A stretch of 64,000 nucleotides of DNA from Styela clava (lineage: Eukaryota). How positions within the stretch are numbered: the first letter of the stretch is position 1; every line of letters begins with the position of its first letter. Where the stretch lies: contig NC_135260.1 in assembly GCF_964204865.1 (NCBI RefSeq), positions 15,770,478 through 15,834,477 of the forward strand, read 5' to 3'. Below, piece by piece: positions 62,821 to 64,000 of the stretch. Made by a program: the position numbers and the translations under genes. The notes under the pieces were generated by a model, which did no database searches, was not told the origin of the DNA, and saw only the letters and a list, made by a program, of their open reading frames with translations.

Positions 62821-63312
62821 CTGTAAAATGTACATAAATTATTGGCACTAACCAACGATTAAATAGGTGGTTTATATTATTACTACCACCACCCCGATCA
62901 TTGTTCCGAACAAGTCGTCACATGTACGTTCGGACTACTTATTGTTTGCAATAATCGAATCCTTATTGAATCACTATATTCTATAAAATTCATTCATCAT
63001 GTGGTAGGTAGGGAGTATGAAACCCGAGACCGAGATTTTAAAAAGCCGGCTTACTTGGCGCAAAATTCATTGAATCGGGTACTTTTAATTCGAAACATGT
63101 AAGTTCAGTTATTTTGGGTGGATACATCTGTGATATTTTAAACACCCGTTGTATACTAGAACTGTTATGCTGTCGTATATATCAATGTCCACATACGAGC
63201 ACTATTATTTTTTTCTTTTTCGGCGAAAGACAGGATAGTACGTTGTTTTTTCTCTTATTTTTATATAAAAGAAATTAAAATAAACCGTGAAACTACATGA
63301 TAAATACCATAC

Positions 63313-63472
63313 CAACGGGAACCTCACAAAGCCCGAACTCTGTTGCCCAGCATGGATTATCATATATTAATACAGAGCCACTGTCGTCTCTGAGATATCC
63401 GCAATCATAATCACTAGTTGTTGCCGAAGGTTGGTTTGGAGCCCAAGGAGTTTGTGTATGTTCAGAATTTAT
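63313..63472 (-). CDS. Second CTLD C-terminal half exon: INSEHTQTPWAPNQPSATTSDYDCGYLRDDSGSVLIYDNPCWATEFGLCEVPV + 1 nt, phase 0-1.
   Basis: Acceptor tgttatag|ATA, directly after an in-frame TAG. Donor GTTG|GTATGG. Has the same 0-1 phase class as the other CTLD-C exon. Its N-terminal half and the gene's 5' end must lie beyond 64000. Confidence 0.5.
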
Positions 63473-64000
63473 CTATAACAGTAATATAACAGTTTCTTAG
63501 TATTTCACCCAAGCATATGTAAATTCACACGGTCACACACTGGTTTAATTTAATAGTTTTGTAGTTAGGGCGTTGGGCTGAACCTAGTTAACGTCCTAGG
63601 TTAGAAAGTCCATCTACAGCAGTCAACTACAGAACCTCGCCGATGACTCTCAACCGAAGCAGTTATTCCTTCTACTAGGCTCCTATTAATTAATAGCATT
63701 ATTAATTGCTTCGAATTATTTCGATAACATACTATTTATTCATTTTTTGGGGGGCACGGAGGAGCATTATTTTTTGAAATTCTTGGGTACTTCTGAACTC
63801 ACCGGCAGTACACAAAGAGCTAAGTCGCAGTATAGCTGATATAAATTATACATAGCGTTATTATTTTTTTTAATCACATTTGTTTTCTACAATAATTTGG
63901 ATGGTGTAAACTAAGAGCAGCCCATGATAAAAATCGATTAAGCTACACGAAAGCCCAAAACTTCCCCTTCATGACGCAAAGACTCACCACGTCACCCCAC

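Noticed and set aside
1-64000. CRISPR arrays or prokaryotic-style operons
   Set aside because: The sequence is eukaryotic: spliced genes with GT-AG introns, polyadenylation signals, SINEs and MITEs. No short regularly spaced direct repeats with unique spacers are present; the only tandem array is the degenerate 17-bp minisatellite.

Overview
This is an AT-rich, repeat-dense eukaryotic window from an intron-containing metazoan genome, probably an invertebrate. Most ORFs in the six-frame track are spurious or are single exons; the track also uses TTG/GTG as 'M', so its starts are not reliable. By reading splice junctions by hand I reconstruct four protein-coding genes, all on the minus strand.

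- **Agmatinase-like ureohydrolase**: 8 exons, 20524–24165, 302 aa, collinear with human AGMAT.
- **Major vault protein (MVP)**: one uninterrupted 870-codon ORF, 30942–33554.
- **Aromatic-L-amino-acid (DOPA)-decarboxylase-like decarboxylase**: 11 exons, 38454–44743, about 506 aa.
- **Mosaic CTLD / 8×EGF / pentraxin gene (3' part)**: two C-type-lectin-like domains (CTLD), eight EGF-like exons (every junction a phase-1 codon split) and a C-terminal pentraxin exon (51643–52298) followed by AATAAA. This gene's 5' end lies beyond 64000.

The intergenic and intronic space is filled with transposable elements.

- A 7.9-kb hAT-like element (10543–18411) has CAGGGGTGGCC inverted ends and an 8-bp target-site duplication (TSD). 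It carries nested insertions.
- A MITE family with an 8-bp TSD has seven copies. Four lie in introns and one sits 15 bp from a splice donor.
- Two Tc1/mariner-like elements are flanked by TA.
- There is a tRNA-derived SINE family, a 17-bp minisatellite that is stop-free in several frames, and several dispersed repeats and palindromes.
- Two unexplained GC-rich islands stand out: a CpG-rich block at 27780–28290 and a block with a 7SL-like motif at 43440–43610.

No rRNA, tRNA gene or CRISPR array is supported.
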